From IMG/VR virus record IMGVR_UViG_3300021387_000452: a stretch of DNA of 64,000 nucleotides, one strand, 5' to 3'. Source of the DNA: a virus. Its lineage: Duplodnaviria; Caudoviricetes. Position numbers and translations under genes: made by a program. The stretch's first letter is position 1. Every line of letters begins with the position of its first letter. Shown in pieces: positions 1 to 9,599 of the stretch. Under the pieces are notes generated by a model. That model ran no database searches. It saw nothing but the letters and a program-made list of their open reading frames with translations, and was not told the origin of the DNA.

Positions 1-359
1 TCCATTTGCATTCTATAAATTCTATTACCGACTGCAATAAGCATCTCCCACATGTCATCTTCATCAAAGTCTTCAGTGATAGCTCTAATTACTGGCGTAA
101 ATTCAGTAACCAGATACGACATGTCAATATCTTTTGTAGCTAGCTCTTCTTCTGGAGGAAAGATTCCTTCAACGTGCTGCATTAAGTTTGGCATTCTAAA
201 CGATCCAGCACATCCAATAAGAATATCCCTACGACCAACTGGATGAAATACTTTTGGATTCTTTACAAGTGACTGATTGATCGGATCAGATGCGCATGAA
301 TCACCAGCCATAAAAGCTGTGTTTGAATTTTTATCTGAGTAAGCTAGAACAACTGTCAT
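1..359 (-). CDS. HslV/proteasome beta-subunit-like Ntn protease (C-terminus runs off window)
   Basis: Manual translation MTVVLAYSDKNSNTAFMAGDSC...NPKVF...ILIGCAGSFRM: Thr after Met, xGDS, KVF and GxAGS motifs; AGGAG RBS; not in ORF track because truncated. Confidence 0.75.
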   Translation of the reverse strand, partial: MTVVLAYSDKNSNTAFMAGDSCASDPINQSLVKNPKVFHPVGRRDILIGCAGSFRMPNLMQHVEGIFPPEEELATKDIDMSYLVTEFTPVIRAITEDFDEDDMWEMLIAVGNRIYRMQM

Positions 360-508
360 ATTAAAGCTCCTATTTGGCTTAGCTGTTAATCCACTTCAAC
401 GCCAAATAAGTCCCAATATCCGGCGCAGAATAGTCAAGACGAATAATGTCTAGTTTTCCGTCTTGCAAAATATTATATACAACATTTATGAATAGATTTA
501 ACATAGCA

Positions 509-1303
509 TCAAAGTCCAAATATATAGCGCATTACTTTAATGAGAGAATCTTCTAACTCATCATCGTTTTCTTCTTGTTTATCAGCTCTTGCTTTAGCTT
601 CAAATGCTTCTTTAATATTCTTTTTATGATCTACAACTTTGTTGTAGATGTCATCTTCAGAATCATCAGCATTAACTTTAATATGAGTTGATTCATCTTC
701 ACTATTTAGCTTAATGTAGTCATCCAGTCTAGTGAATGCTGATGGGCACTTGCATTTCCATTTAGTATCTTTTTTATCAGCATCTGATTTATTATCAGTT
801 GGAGTTTTCTGATCATCAAGAAAAACCCATCTAAAGTTATGCGTATCCGGATCAGAAATAAGCTTCAAACATTTACGAAATTTTCGATGTCTAGCTAACC
901 AATCATTGTCATCATCTTTTGTTCTATTATCAGAATCTTCATCATCACCACAAACTTTACGATCATTGCAATCTGCTAATTGACTAATTACATTCGCATC
1001 ATTTTTAGAACAGCTATATGTACGAGTTTCTTCACTCCACTTTGTATCACCAACTGACTCTACTTTGTGATATATGCATGTCTTATTCTTATCATCCCCG
1101 TTATCAGTAAGTGTAATAACTGTCTTACATTCAATGCCATCAACGTCTTTCTTCAAGACTGCTTTAAACGTGCAGTCTTTATCTTTTTCACGATCAATCA
1201 CTGATTCTTTTGCGTCAATACGATACCCATCTTTAATGTAAGAATGTATAGCATCAGAAGCAAGAGTGTTCATATCGCTGGAATCATTAAACTTTGTAAG
1301 CAT
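509..1303 (-). CDS. hypothetical acidic protein
   Basis: 264-aa ORF in co-directional gene run. Confidence 0.7.
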   Translation of the reverse strand: MLTKFNDSSDMNTLASDAIHSYIKDGYRIDAKESVIDREKDKDCTFKAVLKKDVDGIECKTVITLTDNGDDKNKTCIYHKVESVGDTKWSEETRTYSCSKNDANVISQLADCNDRKVCGDDEDSDNRTKDDDNDWLARHRKFRKCLKLISDPDTHNFRWVFLDDQKTPTDNKSDADKKDTKWKCKCPSAFTRLDDYIKLNSEDESTHIKVNADDSEDDIYNKVVDHKKNIKEAFEAKARADKQEENDDELEDSLIKVMRYIFGL

Positions 1304-1305
1304 AG

Positions 1306-1539
1306 TTATACGTTCTCCTTGTATGGTTGACCATCGTGTTTAATTAAAATATCATTAAGTGTTTTGCATAATTCACAGTACCTTGACAAATCAGCAAACA
1401 CAAGCTTCATTTCGTTTATACTAAATTTGCTGTCATGCAAGATTATATCGTGATTGCGAATATATTTCTCAAGAGCAAGCTGGAGAATTCTTATCTGACC
1501 AACTGTCAAACTAAGTGTATAGCTTTCACCGCCCATCAC
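1306..1539 (-). CDS. hypothetical protein
   Basis: ORF, 4-bp overlap with upstream gene. Confidence 0.65.
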   Translation of the reverse strand: MMGGESYTLSLTVGQIRILQLALEKYIRNHDIILHDSKFSINEMKLVFADLSRYCELCKTLNDILIKHDGQPYKENV

Positions 1540-1808
1540 TTATCCTCCATATTGTATATTTTCTCATAATCAGAAATAAACTTTTCCTCGCTAGTATCGC
1601 CACTGATAAACCAGTCGAGTGAATGCATTGCTTTTGCGAGTTTACCAAGATCCTCACAAATAAGTTTCATATATGTAAGTGTCTTTGGATTATACGCATA
1701 TTCGTCACTATCATTGGCACAGTATTCAATGTAACCAATTTCTTTTGCAACCATACCCTGAAGATAATTCAACTCATTATCTCTGTAATCAAATGCTCCG
1801 CCACTCAT
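1536..1808 (-). CDS. phage hypothetical protein (MSGGxFDY...LDWxxSGD type)
   Basis: Motifs typical of a common small phage family; overlap coupling. Confidence 0.7.
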   Translation of the reverse strand: MSGGAFDYRDNELNYLQGMVAKEIGYIEYCANDSDEYAYNPKTLTYMKLICEDLGKLAKAMHSLDWFISGDTSEEKFISDYEKIYNMEDK

Positions 1809-2191
1809 TGATTAATCTCCCTATAAGTTTCAGGAAAGTTTCCTATTAAATACATGTCTTCATAACACTTTGAGAGGTATTTAATACGTTCATCTTCAGC
1901 CTCTTTTTCAGAGTCAGCGTAAACGTCATAGTATGACTTATAATAGCAGCGAGATTCTTCAAAATCAAATCGGTGATCTTCATTACATTTAACAACAAAG
2001 AGTATAACGAAATGATCATAGCTCCAGCGTGTTATAACTTTGACTATATAGCGACCATTAGTAAGTATTGCTACAAATTCTCTTTTATTACTTGATTGCT
2101 CAGTAGGAACTATTCTATAGCCTTCTAGTAAAAGCGATCTTATAATATCTGCTGGCTTGTTATTAAGTTCTTTCAGTGTATAAAGAGCCAT
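1805..2191 (-). CDS. hypothetical protein
   Basis: Start moved to MALYTLKEL (ATG at 2191) just after the stop of 2193..2357. Confidence 0.6.
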   Translation of the reverse strand: MALYTLKELNNKPADIIRSLLLEGYRIVPTEQSSNKREFVAILTNGRYIVKVITRWSYDHFVILFVVKCNEDHRFDFEESRCYYKSYYDVYADSEKEAEDERIKYLSKCYEDMYLIGNFPETYREINQ

Positions 2192-2192
2192 G

Positions 2193-2357
2193 TCAATCCT
2201 TATCTTTAGACTTTTTACTATGTCTAATAAAAATTGAGTCTTCTGGAAGTTCTTCTTTTTCTGTAACTGTGCTCCAGATAAGAGCTCCAAAGTAGCTAAT
2301 AAAACAAATAGCGCCAATAATAATCAGCGCTATTTCTACAACCCCTAATTCTTTCAT
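2193..2357 (-). CDS. small single-TM membrane protein (54 aa)
   Basis: Manual translation MKELGVVEIALIIIGAICFISYFGALIWSTV...; not in ORF track. Confidence 0.6.
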   Translation of the reverse strand: MKELGVVEIALIIIGAICFISYFGALIWSTVTEKEELPEDSIFIRHSKKSKDKD

Positions 2358-2409
2358 ATTAAGCTCTCTAGCCTCTTATATAGTATATACACAATAAGCA
2401 AGAAGTAAA

Positions 2410-2574
2410 TCACTTATTTTGATTTTCATCACTCTTTTCAAAGATCTTTATGATATCTCTGGACGAGATTTCTTTAGGTTTACATCCTGCTTCATGTGAT
2501 ACATACTTTCCTAATTCATAGAAAGTTATAGCTAAGATTACAACAGCCACTATTGATATGATTATTTCTAACAT
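2410..2574 (-). CDS. small single-TM membrane protein (54 aa)
   Basis: Manual translation MLEIIISIVAVVILAITFYELGKY...; not in ORF track. Confidence 0.55.
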   Translation of the reverse strand: MLEIIISIVAVVILAITFYELGKYVSHEAGCKPKEISSRDIIKIFEKSDENQNK

Positions 2575-2591
2575 AATGCTTGTTTTCTTGT

Positions 2592-2906
2592 CTACGTATA
2601 TACTTTTTTAATGAAGCTCTTAAATTCTTTTACAATATTTTTGTTGGATTCAATAATCTCATTTGTGTTGTTTGAATAATAAAGATCTCTCTTAAATTTT
2701 ATGCCTGCTTCTCTATTGTCTATAATATATGCAAAATTACCGTTTGATGTCATTACTGATAATGCACAATCTGAATTGAATCCAACACAATCACCATTCG
2801 TATAATGAATTCTGATCTTAAACTTACGATCATTAAATTGAACATACTCAGAATAATTTTTGGGATCATCGTTTAACCACAATGTTTTCATTGAAGATGT
2901 TGTCAT
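2592..2906 (-). CDS. early hypothetical protein
   Basis: AAGGAG RBS, 104 aa. Confidence 0.7.
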   Translation of the reverse strand: MTTSSMKTLWLNDDPKNYSEYVQFNDRKFKIRIHYTNGDCVGFNSDCALSVMTSNGNFAYIIDNREAGIKFKRDLYYSNNTNEIIESNKNIVKEFKSFIKKVYT

Positions 2907-2961
2907 GATAATTCTCCTTTGTAGTTTAGTCAGGAAGCCATTTCTTGACTATGTAGTTTTA

Positions 2962-3189
2962 TTAGTGATGTCCAGGAAAATAAGCTACAACTTCATTGGT
3001 TGCAGTTTCAACGACATAAACCCAAAGACCGATATCGGAAACTTCAATAGCGTTCTTCATTGCAGATGTTTTATCCTTATAGCCCCAAAAGTCAATCTGG
3101 GTTTCGGATTCTGGGCTAACCAATACATAGGTAGCTCCTGCTTTAAACATCTTCTCCATTCTATCATCGCGTCCAAAAGGTGATTTCAT
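2962..3189 (-). CDS. early hypothetical protein
   Basis: First gene after cassette 1; GGAG RBS before MKSPFG. Confidence 0.7.
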   Translation of the reverse strand: MKSPFGRDDRMEKMFKAGATYVLVSPESETQIDFWGYKDKTSAMKNAIEVSDIGLWVYVVETATNEVVAYFPGHH

Positions 3190-3194
3190 ATCGT

Positions 3195-3274
3195 TCTCCA
3201 TTTGAGTTTATTGGAAAGAACCATTCCTTCCAATTTATGTAGCTATATTATCACAAGTTGGCTATTCGCGTAAA
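3195..3274 (-). promoter_or_regulatory. early cassette 1: promoter + 5' hairpin + RBS
   Basis: TTTACG-N18-TAATAT; hairpin ATTGGAAGGAA-TGG-TTCTTTCCAAT (3210-3234); GGAG. Confidence 0.8.
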
Positions 3275-3277
3275 GGA

Positions 3278-3682
3278 CTATTTTAGATAGTCAGCATATT
3301 TTTCTCTAAATGCTTTTTCGTCCTTTGATAAATAAGCTTCATTGTCAAGAACTTCTTTGATACTTGGAAACATTAAAGTGATACATTCGTTACACTGAAC
3401 AGTTTTATCCTCAAAGCAATCCAGCTTTATAGCCACGCATTCTCTATCAAATTCACGCTCTACTTCAATGCTTTCTAAAGCGTTATATAAATACACAGTC
3501 TTAGCTTTCTCATAATGTACGAGGTGAACTACACTCTTTAGAGCATCACTGATAGACTCTTCACTTGCATCGAAAAGTGTGTATATCCAGCCAATGAGTG
3601 GTAGTGTTCTCTTTGCATAAGTGCCTGCAACAGTGTTCAATTTGATACTCATCATTGGCCTCAATTGGGTAAGTGAATGCAA
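3278..3682 (-). CDS. hypothetical protein (start uncertain)
   Basis: ORF; overlaps 3561..3797. Confidence 0.5.
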   Translation of the reverse strand: MHSLTQLRPMMSIKLNTVAGTYAKRTLPLIGWIYTLFDASEESISDALKSVVHLVHYEKAKTVYLYNALESIEVEREFDRECVAIKLDCFEDKTVQCNECITLMFPSIKEVLDNEAYLSKDEKAFREKYADYLK

Positions 3683-3797
3683 AGACTAGGAAAGCAACAT
3701 ACGCTATAACTAGTAACAGCGAGACTATAAGATACTTGTAATACTCGGCTTTGCTATTAAAGACAAAGCCGTCTCTTTCGTACTTATCTTCTTTCAT
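3561..3797 (-). CDS. small membrane protein
   Basis: One TM segment; ATGA overlap with upstream gene. Confidence 0.55.
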   Translation of the reverse strand: MKEDKYERDGFVFNSKAEYYKYLIVSLLLVIAYVAFLVFAFTYPIEANDEYQIEHCCRHLCKENTTTHWLDIHTFRCK

Positions 3798-4096
3798 TCT
3801 GGCTCTCCATAGACATCGATCTCATAAAGATCTGCATAGTAACATGGGAGCATGTTGTCCTCCCAGAGGTTGTGAATTACATCACCAGCAAAGTCTGATA
3901 TGAGATCTTCTATATCAAAGCGAGAATCACTTGTTGCTAGATCTGCCTCAATCGCCTTGCTCAAAACTTCATCCACAAATGGATCACTTGATCGTCTGTA
4001 TAGATCCCACGTACGAACAATGAAGTCGTCTTTTTGAGCTTTGCAGAATACATCATAAAACATATTCTCAACGAAGTTATAAAGTTCCTGTGTCAT
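3794..4096 (-). CDS. acidic hypothetical protein
   Basis: 100-aa ORF. Confidence 0.7.
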   Translation of the reverse strand: MTQELYNFVENMFYDVFCKAQKDDFIVRTWDLYRRSSDPFVDEVLSKAIEADLATSDSRFDIEDLISDFAGDVIHNLWEDNMLPCYYADLYEIDVYGEPE

Positions 4097-4107
4097 GTCT
4101 ATACACC

Positions 4108-4326
4108 CTATAATGCTGCATCGCTTATGTACTCTTTAATGCAGCTTTCAACAAAGTCTGCAAGCTCATAAGCATATTGCTCAACTTCATACTCACTATA
4201 GCTGTGCTTTTCCATGTCAGCTTTACTAACTATTGACTTAGCATTAGTGAGTCCAATTATTGGGCAGCTGATGAATATATCATGCTCTAAGTCTTTAAGA
4301 AATTTTCTGTATTCTTCGCTTGTCAT
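4108..4326 (-). CDS. hypothetical protein
   Basis: GGAG RBS before MTSEEY. Confidence 0.65.
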   Translation of the reverse strand: MTSEEYRKFLKDLEHDIFISCPIIGLTNAKSIVSKADMEKHSYSEYEVEQYAYELADFVESCIKEYISDAAL

Positions 4327-4352
4327 GGCATTTTCTCCTTCCAAATTATAGA

Positions 4353-4634
4353 CTAGCGACCATTATCAGCGTCTTTCTGTATAAGATAATCAACGACTTG
4401 CTGAATCGTATCAAATTTTTCTACATAATATTCATCTTCAACTTCATAGCTGCCATCTTCATTTAGTCTAATCGTAAAATTTCCATAATCGTAATCCCAA
4501 TAAAACATAACGTCTACATCATTGCTGTATGCTTTGGCTTCATAAGCTGAGAGGCCATGCGTTGAGAGTTGATACGCCTTAAGTATTGAGTCCAGATGTG
4601 TAGCAAGATTAGTTAGCTGTTCTTTTTCTGCCAT
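4353..4634 (-). CDS. early acidic hypothetical protein
   Basis: First gene after cassette 2. Confidence 0.7.
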   Translation of the reverse strand: MAEKEQLTNLATHLDSILKAYQLSTHGLSAYEAKAYSNDVDVMFYWDYDYGNFTIRLNEDGSYEVEDEYYVEKFDTIQQVVDYLIQKDADNGR

Positions 4635-4643
4635 GATGTTTTC

Positions 4644-4730
4644 TCCTTGAGTTTATTGAATGGAACCATTCCATCCAATTTATGAGAATCTTATAAACCA
4701 ATTTTGAAATTGTGTAAATAAAAATCACCG
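4644..4730 (-). promoter_or_regulatory. early cassette 2
   Basis: CGGTGATTTTTA-TTTACA-N17-TATAAG; hairpin 4655-4679 with loop TGG; AAGGAG. Confidence 0.85.
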
Positions 4731-4731
4731 C

Positions 4732-5058
4732 TTAGTTCCAGTAATTTTCAGCGTAACGTCTACCCCATTCTAATTTAGCTCTTTCAAGAAGATCAGCGCC
4801 TTTTTGAGTAATAGACCACTTCCTAGTTTTATTACTGTATGTAACGATACCACTCCGACGCATATCAGCAAACATTGATGACATGTGGCCTCTGTACCAA
4901 TCTTTATTGGTAACCGCATTTTCAATGCCCATTACATCTCTTAATATCTCGTATCTGTTCACTGGGCCAACTTTATTAAGAAATGAAAGAACTGAAATGT
5001 AACGCGTTGGCTTACCAGTTGATGTCAATGGGCGAGTAAATGAGTAATTGCTTAGCAT
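4732..5058 (-). CDS. winged-helix protein (Mrr N-terminal-like)
   Basis: VLSFL..GPVNRYEI...MRRSGIV...KWSITQKG wHTH pattern; start moved to ATG after RBS. Confidence 0.55.
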   Translation of the reverse strand: MLSNYSFTRPLTSTGKPTRYISVLSFLNKVGPVNRYEILRDVMGIENAVTNKDWYRGHMSSMFADMRRSGIVTYSNKTRKWSITQKGADLLERAKLEWGRRYAENYWN

Positions 5059-5067
5059 TGATTTTAG

Positions 5068-5158
5068 CTCCTTTTTGAATTTATTGAATGGAACTATTCC
5101 ACCCAATTTATGAATGTATATTACTATAAGCTAAAAATCTCGTAAACAAAAATCACGG
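5068..5158 (-). promoter_or_regulatory. early cassette 3
   Basis: GTGATTTTTG-TTTACG-N17-TAATAT; hairpin 5083-5107 with loop TAG; AAGGAG. Confidence 0.85.
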
Positions 5159-5174
5159 AGTAATTTGATGATTT

Positions 5175-5735
5175 TTAATCTTCTTCATCTTCACTAAATG
5201 GATCATATGAAGGCTCTACATCATATTCACTTCTCATACTATCGTAATAGTCTTTTATTGTATAGCCATCTAAATAATCATCTTCTTCATTATTTGCTTT
5301 TGAGCTATCCCAGTAGTAATTCTTACATGAAGAAAATCCCTCATAAGCTTCTTCATCTGATTCTACATCATCCACAGCATTGTCATATTCCCATATCTCT
5401 TTCTTTCTATGCGATTTAGTTAAATAATCATATGTATCTTCTTCATCATCTATATTACTATAGCGCTCACCGTCATCATCCCAGAATTGAGAATAGTAGT
5501 GATCTCTCCATGTATCATCTTCTTTATCTGATTTCATATCAGCACAAATTTTATTGCATTCATCAAGCCATTCTTTACTAACCTCTATAACTCCAAGGTT
5601 ATAGTCTTCATTGAGAGCAGTTGAAATATAATCTTCAATCTCACTCTCTGAATATCCAACTTCTTTTAATGCTGAAGTTGTGTATGCCATAACATCAAAT
5701 ACAGTCTCAAGACCCTGTATGCTGTACATATGCAA
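5175..5735 (-). CDS. paralog of 10859..11074 with long D/E/Y-rich acidic tail
   Basis: N-terminal ~65 aa align with 10859 ORF (FxVMxY..A.KE..S...D.Y...A...Y......S.E.DxCN). Confidence 0.7.
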   Translation of the reverse strand: MHMYSIQGLETVFDVMAYTTSALKEVGYSESEIEDYISTALNEDYNLGVIEVSKEWLDECNKICADMKSDKEDDTWRDHYYSQFWDDDGERYSNIDDEEDTYDYLTKSHRKKEIWEYDNAVDDVESDEEAYEGFSSCKNYYWDSSKANNEEDDYLDGYTIKDYYDSMRSEYDVEPSYDPFSEDEED

Positions 5736-5743
5736 TCTCCATA

Positions 5744-6001
5744 TTAGATGAGCTCAGCGAGAAGTTTATCGAAAATAGCGCTGGTCATATTATCAGGCCA
5801 AGTATCGATTCTGCCATCACTTTTAATATCCCAGAGTTCACCATCATCAGTACGAACTTTGTATCCTTTCAGAGAGTTCTTTTTGATTTCACTGCGGATA
5901 TAGAAAAAAGTGGTGATGTTGTTTGTGGTGATGAGCTCACTGCCGTCTGGATTGATGATGGTAATTGTGGGCTCAACTGGAATGTTATTAAGATCGATCA
6001 T
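5744..6001 (-). CDS. early hypothetical protein
   Basis: First gene after cassette 4. Confidence 0.7.
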   Translation of the reverse strand: MIDLNNIPVEPTITIINPDGSELITTNNITTFFYIRSEIKKNSLKGYKVRTDDGELWDIKSDGRIDTWPDNMTSAIFDKLLAELI

Positions 6002-6010
6002 TTTATAATC

Positions 6011-6118
6011 TCCTATGAATCTCTATTAGGTGGAACCATTCCACCTAATTTCTGAATCTCTTATAAAACTTACTGAGATTTGTGTAAAATAAAATCACCG
6101 AATAAATCGGTGATTTTG
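6011..6118 (-). promoter_or_regulatory. early cassette 4 with upstream terminator
   Basis: AAAATCACCG-N-CGGTGATTTT hairpin, TTTACA-N17-TATAAG, perfect hairpin 6025-6049, AGGAG. Confidence 0.85.
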
Positions 6119-6137
6119 TCTTGTGAATCTTATAATT

Positions 6138-6797
6138 CTACCAATCAGCTGCAATATAAATCTTTTGCTTATCCCAGTCTGTAGTCTCTAGAATCTTACT
6201 GAACTCAATAAACATTTCACATACTTTATAAAATAGAAATGCATCTTCAGAGCCTAGAGCAGATGCGCAAATATCGTCAGCTTCATCCATCATCTCATCA
6301 GTAAATAGACTATTCTTAAATGTAAGATACGCTGATCTATCACCGCCCCACCTTGCGGTATTACCATGATATTCAAGCGGAGAATGCTCTATCTCAAGCC
6401 CCTTGTCAGTAAAGTTCTTTTCAACCATTAAGATAATCTTCTTAGACATAGAGACTAGATCTTCAAGTTGTGATTTAGTCACTTCTACATCTTTCCCATA
6501 GTCTTCATCTTTATAGCCGAAGTAGCTTACTATCCACCAGAGCTTTCTAAAATACGCAACTTCTTCACCGTCTCCCAGACTACTTGGATAGCTATTTCTA
6601 ATTAAATAGCTTTCGATAATATCTGCAAGACAGTCTTCAAATGAAATATGATTATCTACAGTATAGCTATAAAGTTCTTCAATCGCAGTATTTAATGATT
6701 CATTGCTAGAACTAGATAGCTCAGTCAGTATATCAGAAAGCTGCTTTTCTACATGCTTGTCTACTGGCTTACGATGAAAGTAAACATCTAATCCCAT
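6138..6797 (-). CDS. phage hypothetical protein (MGLDxY...YFRK...W family)
   Basis: MGLDVY start, EVAYFRK and terminal W are typical of a widespread phage family. Confidence 0.7.
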   Translation of the reverse strand: MGLDVYFHRKPVDKHVEKQLSDILTELSSSSNESLNTAIEELYSYTVDNHISFEDCLADIIESYLIRNSYPSSLGDGEEVAYFRKLWWIVSYFGYKDEDYGKDVEVTKSQLEDLVSMSKKIILMVEKNFTDKGLEIEHSPLEYHGNTARWGGDRSAYLTFKNSLFTDEMMDEADDICASALGSEDAFLFYKVCEMFIEFSKILETTDWDKQKIYIAADW

Positions 6798-6809
6798 AAT
6801 GAACCTCCA

Positions 6810-7679
6810 CTAAAGATCTTCTTGATTGAGAGAGAATTTCTCGCCACAGAAATTAGCTTCGTCACTGATAATGCTTGCAATTCGCATAAGTGTCTGTTTA
6901 TAGAACTTATTAAAGATCTGGTTACTTACAAGCTTACCAGTCTTTGTGTTATACATAATTCTGGATAGTTCTTTCTTTCCCATCTGATACACAATGAATA
7001 GTCTAGCTATATTATACTCACTCATTGGGACTTGTGTATTACCAGCCTTTAATACAATGAAATTTGACTCTTCTTTACTCATCTGCTGAAGTATGTATTT
7101 AATTCTATTTTTATAATCAACACTACATACATTCAGCCCAGAAATAGAGATCATGTCGAGAAGTGTACAACCAGTATCTCCCTTCACTGGAGAATCCAAG
7201 ACTAACAGATCATCTTCATGACCTGATTTTTTATATGTCTGCCACATTGCATTGCGTAGTAGCCAGCAGTGAATTGCAGGCTCTAACTTATAGTTAGCAT
7301 TAAATCTTAATATGCCATCATTAAGCATTACCTTAAATGCACAGCTTTGATAGAAATCATCAAATGTCATTCTTGCTCTAAGCCGTGTTTGACATGGTTT
7401 ATAATAAATGCTAGAAGCTTTTCGTTTTAGAATATCGAGCACTTCATCAGTAGACATAACAAGATATTTGAGATTTTTCCTTTCAATATCTGTCATATTT
7501 GCTAAGTCAAACTGATTAGTGTTTATCATTAAATCTGATAATCTGCTAACTGCTTTATATTTGCTAGAGCTAGATGTCAAGCTATCTAGCTGATCTTTGC
7601 TGCAAGTGGATAGATTGATCTTATATCTGTTTTCAATATCTCTAATAGATTGTGATTTTGAACTAGATACGTATGTCAT
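6810..7679 (-). CDS. divergent sigma70-like transcription factor
   Basis: Region-2-like DDFYQSC..VML...RFN.NYKLEPAIHCWLLRNA; LDSPVKGD...LLDMI resembles the sigma SLD.P..GD...L.D.I linker; C-terminal helix pair. Confidence 0.55.
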   Translation of the reverse strand: MTYVSSSKSQSIRDIENRYKINLSTCSKDQLDSLTSSSSKYKAVSRLSDLMINTNQFDLANMTDIERKNLKYLVMSTDEVLDILKRKASSIYYKPCQTRLRARMTFDDFYQSCAFKVMLNDGILRFNANYKLEPAIHCWLLRNAMWQTYKKSGHEDDLLVLDSPVKGDTGCTLLDMISISGLNVCSVDYKNRIKYILQQMSKEESNFIVLKAGNTQVPMSEYNIARLFIVYQMGKKELSRIMYNTKTGKLVSNQIFNKFYKQTLMRIASIISDEANFCGEKFSLNQEDL

Positions 7680-7703
7680 AGTTATCTCTCCTGCTAGCTA
7701 TGA

Positions 7704-8273
7704 TTATTTACCTTCCCAAAAAGCAGATGCCTGATCTGCAGTCTGAAGCTTAAGAACAAGCTTATAAAGAGAAAGAGCTTTTGAAATAGCTGGGCGTTCA
7801 TATGTAGGCTCAAGTACATAACCGCCCATGTGCCAGCGAATTGCTACAATCTCTTCATCAGTAAGCTTCATATATTTCATAAGAATAATAACTGATTTTT
7901 CACCATGACCTACAGGAAGTTCTTCGTCTTCTCTATAGTCATAGTATGGAACCTGAATCCATTTACCAGAAGCATCCTTAGTATTACGCATTGAAACTTT
8001 ATAAGTTCCTACTTTACAGAGATCATGAAACAAGCCAGCGATGGCAATAGTCTCATCAGATTCAATCTCTTGGAAGTTCTTGAGATACTTATAGACTCCA
8101 ATACAGTGAGCAAGAAGGCCACCCTCTTCAGCTCCATGAAATCTTGCAGATGAAGGTGCAGTGTAAAAATCTGTCGTTTCAAGCCATGCCATTAGATCGG
8201 CAATTCCTTCACGATGAATGTTCTTGTTGACGATCTCAATGAATTCTTTTTTAAGGGCTGCAATGTCGTTCAT
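7704..8273 (-). CDS. HD-domain phosphohydrolase
   Basis: FYTAPSS.RFHG..EGGL..H, LFHDLCK, GHGEKS, AIRWHMG, LQTAD. Confidence 0.9.
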   Translation of the reverse strand: MNDIAALKKEFIEIVNKNIHREGIADLMAWLETTDFYTAPSSARFHGAEEGGLLAHCIGVYKYLKNFQEIESDETIAIAGLFHDLCKVGTYKVSMRNTKDASGKWIQVPYYDYREDEELPVGHGEKSVIILMKYMKLTDEEIVAIRWHMGGYVLEPTYERPAISKALSLYKLVLKLQTADQASAFWEGK

Positions 8274-8280
8274 AGTTCTT

Positions 8281-8377
8281 TCTCCATTATGGTTGTTTTA
8301 GCGGATAAGAACTATTCCCATCCGCTTTATGAAGTCTTTATAAGATTCTTTTGGAATCTCGTAAACAAAAATCACCA
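8281..8377 (-). promoter_or_regulatory. early cassette 5
   Basis: GGTGATTTTTG-TTTACG-N17-TATAAA; hairpin 8300-8326; GGAG. Confidence 0.85.
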
Positions 8378-8381
8378 GTGC

Positions 8382-9599
8382 TTACTTTATCATATTAGCC
8401 ATTTTCATAAGCTGCTCAGAATTATCAATTCCAAACACGTCACTTACTATCACATCTTCTAATTTAATCTGAGCCACTTCTGGAGATTCTCCCTTCTTTT
8501 TTGAAGCATTCCAAGTCCTCATCGCACTATCTACAAATAGTGCTTGTAGCTTAGACCATAGAATTATCTTATTCGCATCTAGTGTACCATTCAACTGTCT
8601 AAATTCAAGATGAAGATGCTGAATGTTAGAAATAAAATTTGTCACGTTTAATTTTCTATAGCGGCTGTTCATATAGTTAGTATTGCATGTTTTACAAAAC
8701 TTGCCTCTATTCTCTCTTCTAGAAAGTGGAACTAACTTGTCAAATAAAGAAGCCTCGCTTTTTCTGTATGATCTAACAAAGTGGCATAAGAATTCATTCT
8801 CATTTAATGAGCATCTGATAGGCTTCATATCTCTTCCGTCTACTGGAAAAGACATATGAACGTGAGTCCCGCAATTCCTATTTGTATACGCACCAAATAC
8901 AGACTTCACCAACTCACAAACATCTCTTAATGTCTTCATGTCCTTCTTTGATGATAGTTTCAATATTGGAGAAGTCAGCTCAAATCCGCTCATGCCGGGT
9001 GAGTATTCTTTATCATCCCTTCTTGGATAAACAGATCCGTCTTCACCAAGGATCCACTTATTACCATCATTATGACAGTATCGCATAGTTGCTGAAAATA
9101 AAGATTCTCCAACTAAGTTTTTCATCTTACGACAGAATTCTTCAACCTTAGAATATTGTCCGATAAATTCAAGCTCTACACCGATTAGCTTATCTGTGAC
9201 TTTGAACTTATTAGCAGACTTTGTCTTTGCAGCATTTACTAGCAATTCAAGATCTTCATTTTTTAATCTGTATTGATTACCTGACTGCTTAAACACTATT
9301 CTAGATTGGCATTTATTTCTCCTAATAATGTTAAAACTCAAGTCTATGTCACTATTATCTTTTGTAGAATTTTGCTGCTCTTGTCTAGTAGATCTAGTTG
9401 GTCTATTTTGCCTATAGAATAGTAGAGCAAATAAGCGCTTTAGATAATTTTCGTATGTCTCAGACGGCTTCTTTTCAAATGTAGATTCATTAAACTGAGC
9501 ATGAAGTAAATCCATAAACTCATGTGGTCGATCAATAAGATCAGCAAGCTCAATGGTTACTCCATTAATGATGATTGTTTTGTTTACTCTGACTGACAT
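8382..9599 (-). CDS. putative amidoligase (COOH-NH2 ligase type 2)
   Basis: IGVELEF, W.L.EDGS, GFELTSPIL, CGTHVHMS, RYRKLN, LEFRQLNGTLD. Confidence 0.85.
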   Translation of the reverse strand: MSVRVNKTIIINGVTIELADLIDRPHEFMDLLHAQFNESTFEKKPSETYENYLKRLFALLFYRQNRPTRSTRQEQQNSTKDNSDIDLSFNIIRRNKCQSRIVFKQSGNQYRLKNEDLELLVNAAKTKSANKFKVTDKLIGVELEFIGQYSKVEEFCRKMKNLVGESLFSATMRYCHNDGNKWILGEDGSVYPRRDDKEYSPGMSGFELTSPILKLSSKKDMKTLRDVCELVKSVFGAYTNRNCGTHVHMSFPVDGRDMKPIRCSLNENEFLCHFVRSYRKSEASLFDKLVPLSRRENRGKFCKTCNTNYMNSRYRKLNVTNFISNIQHLHLEFRQLNGTLDANKIILWSKLQALFVDSAMRTWNASKKKGESPEVAQIKLEDVIVSDVFGIDNSEQLMKMANMIK

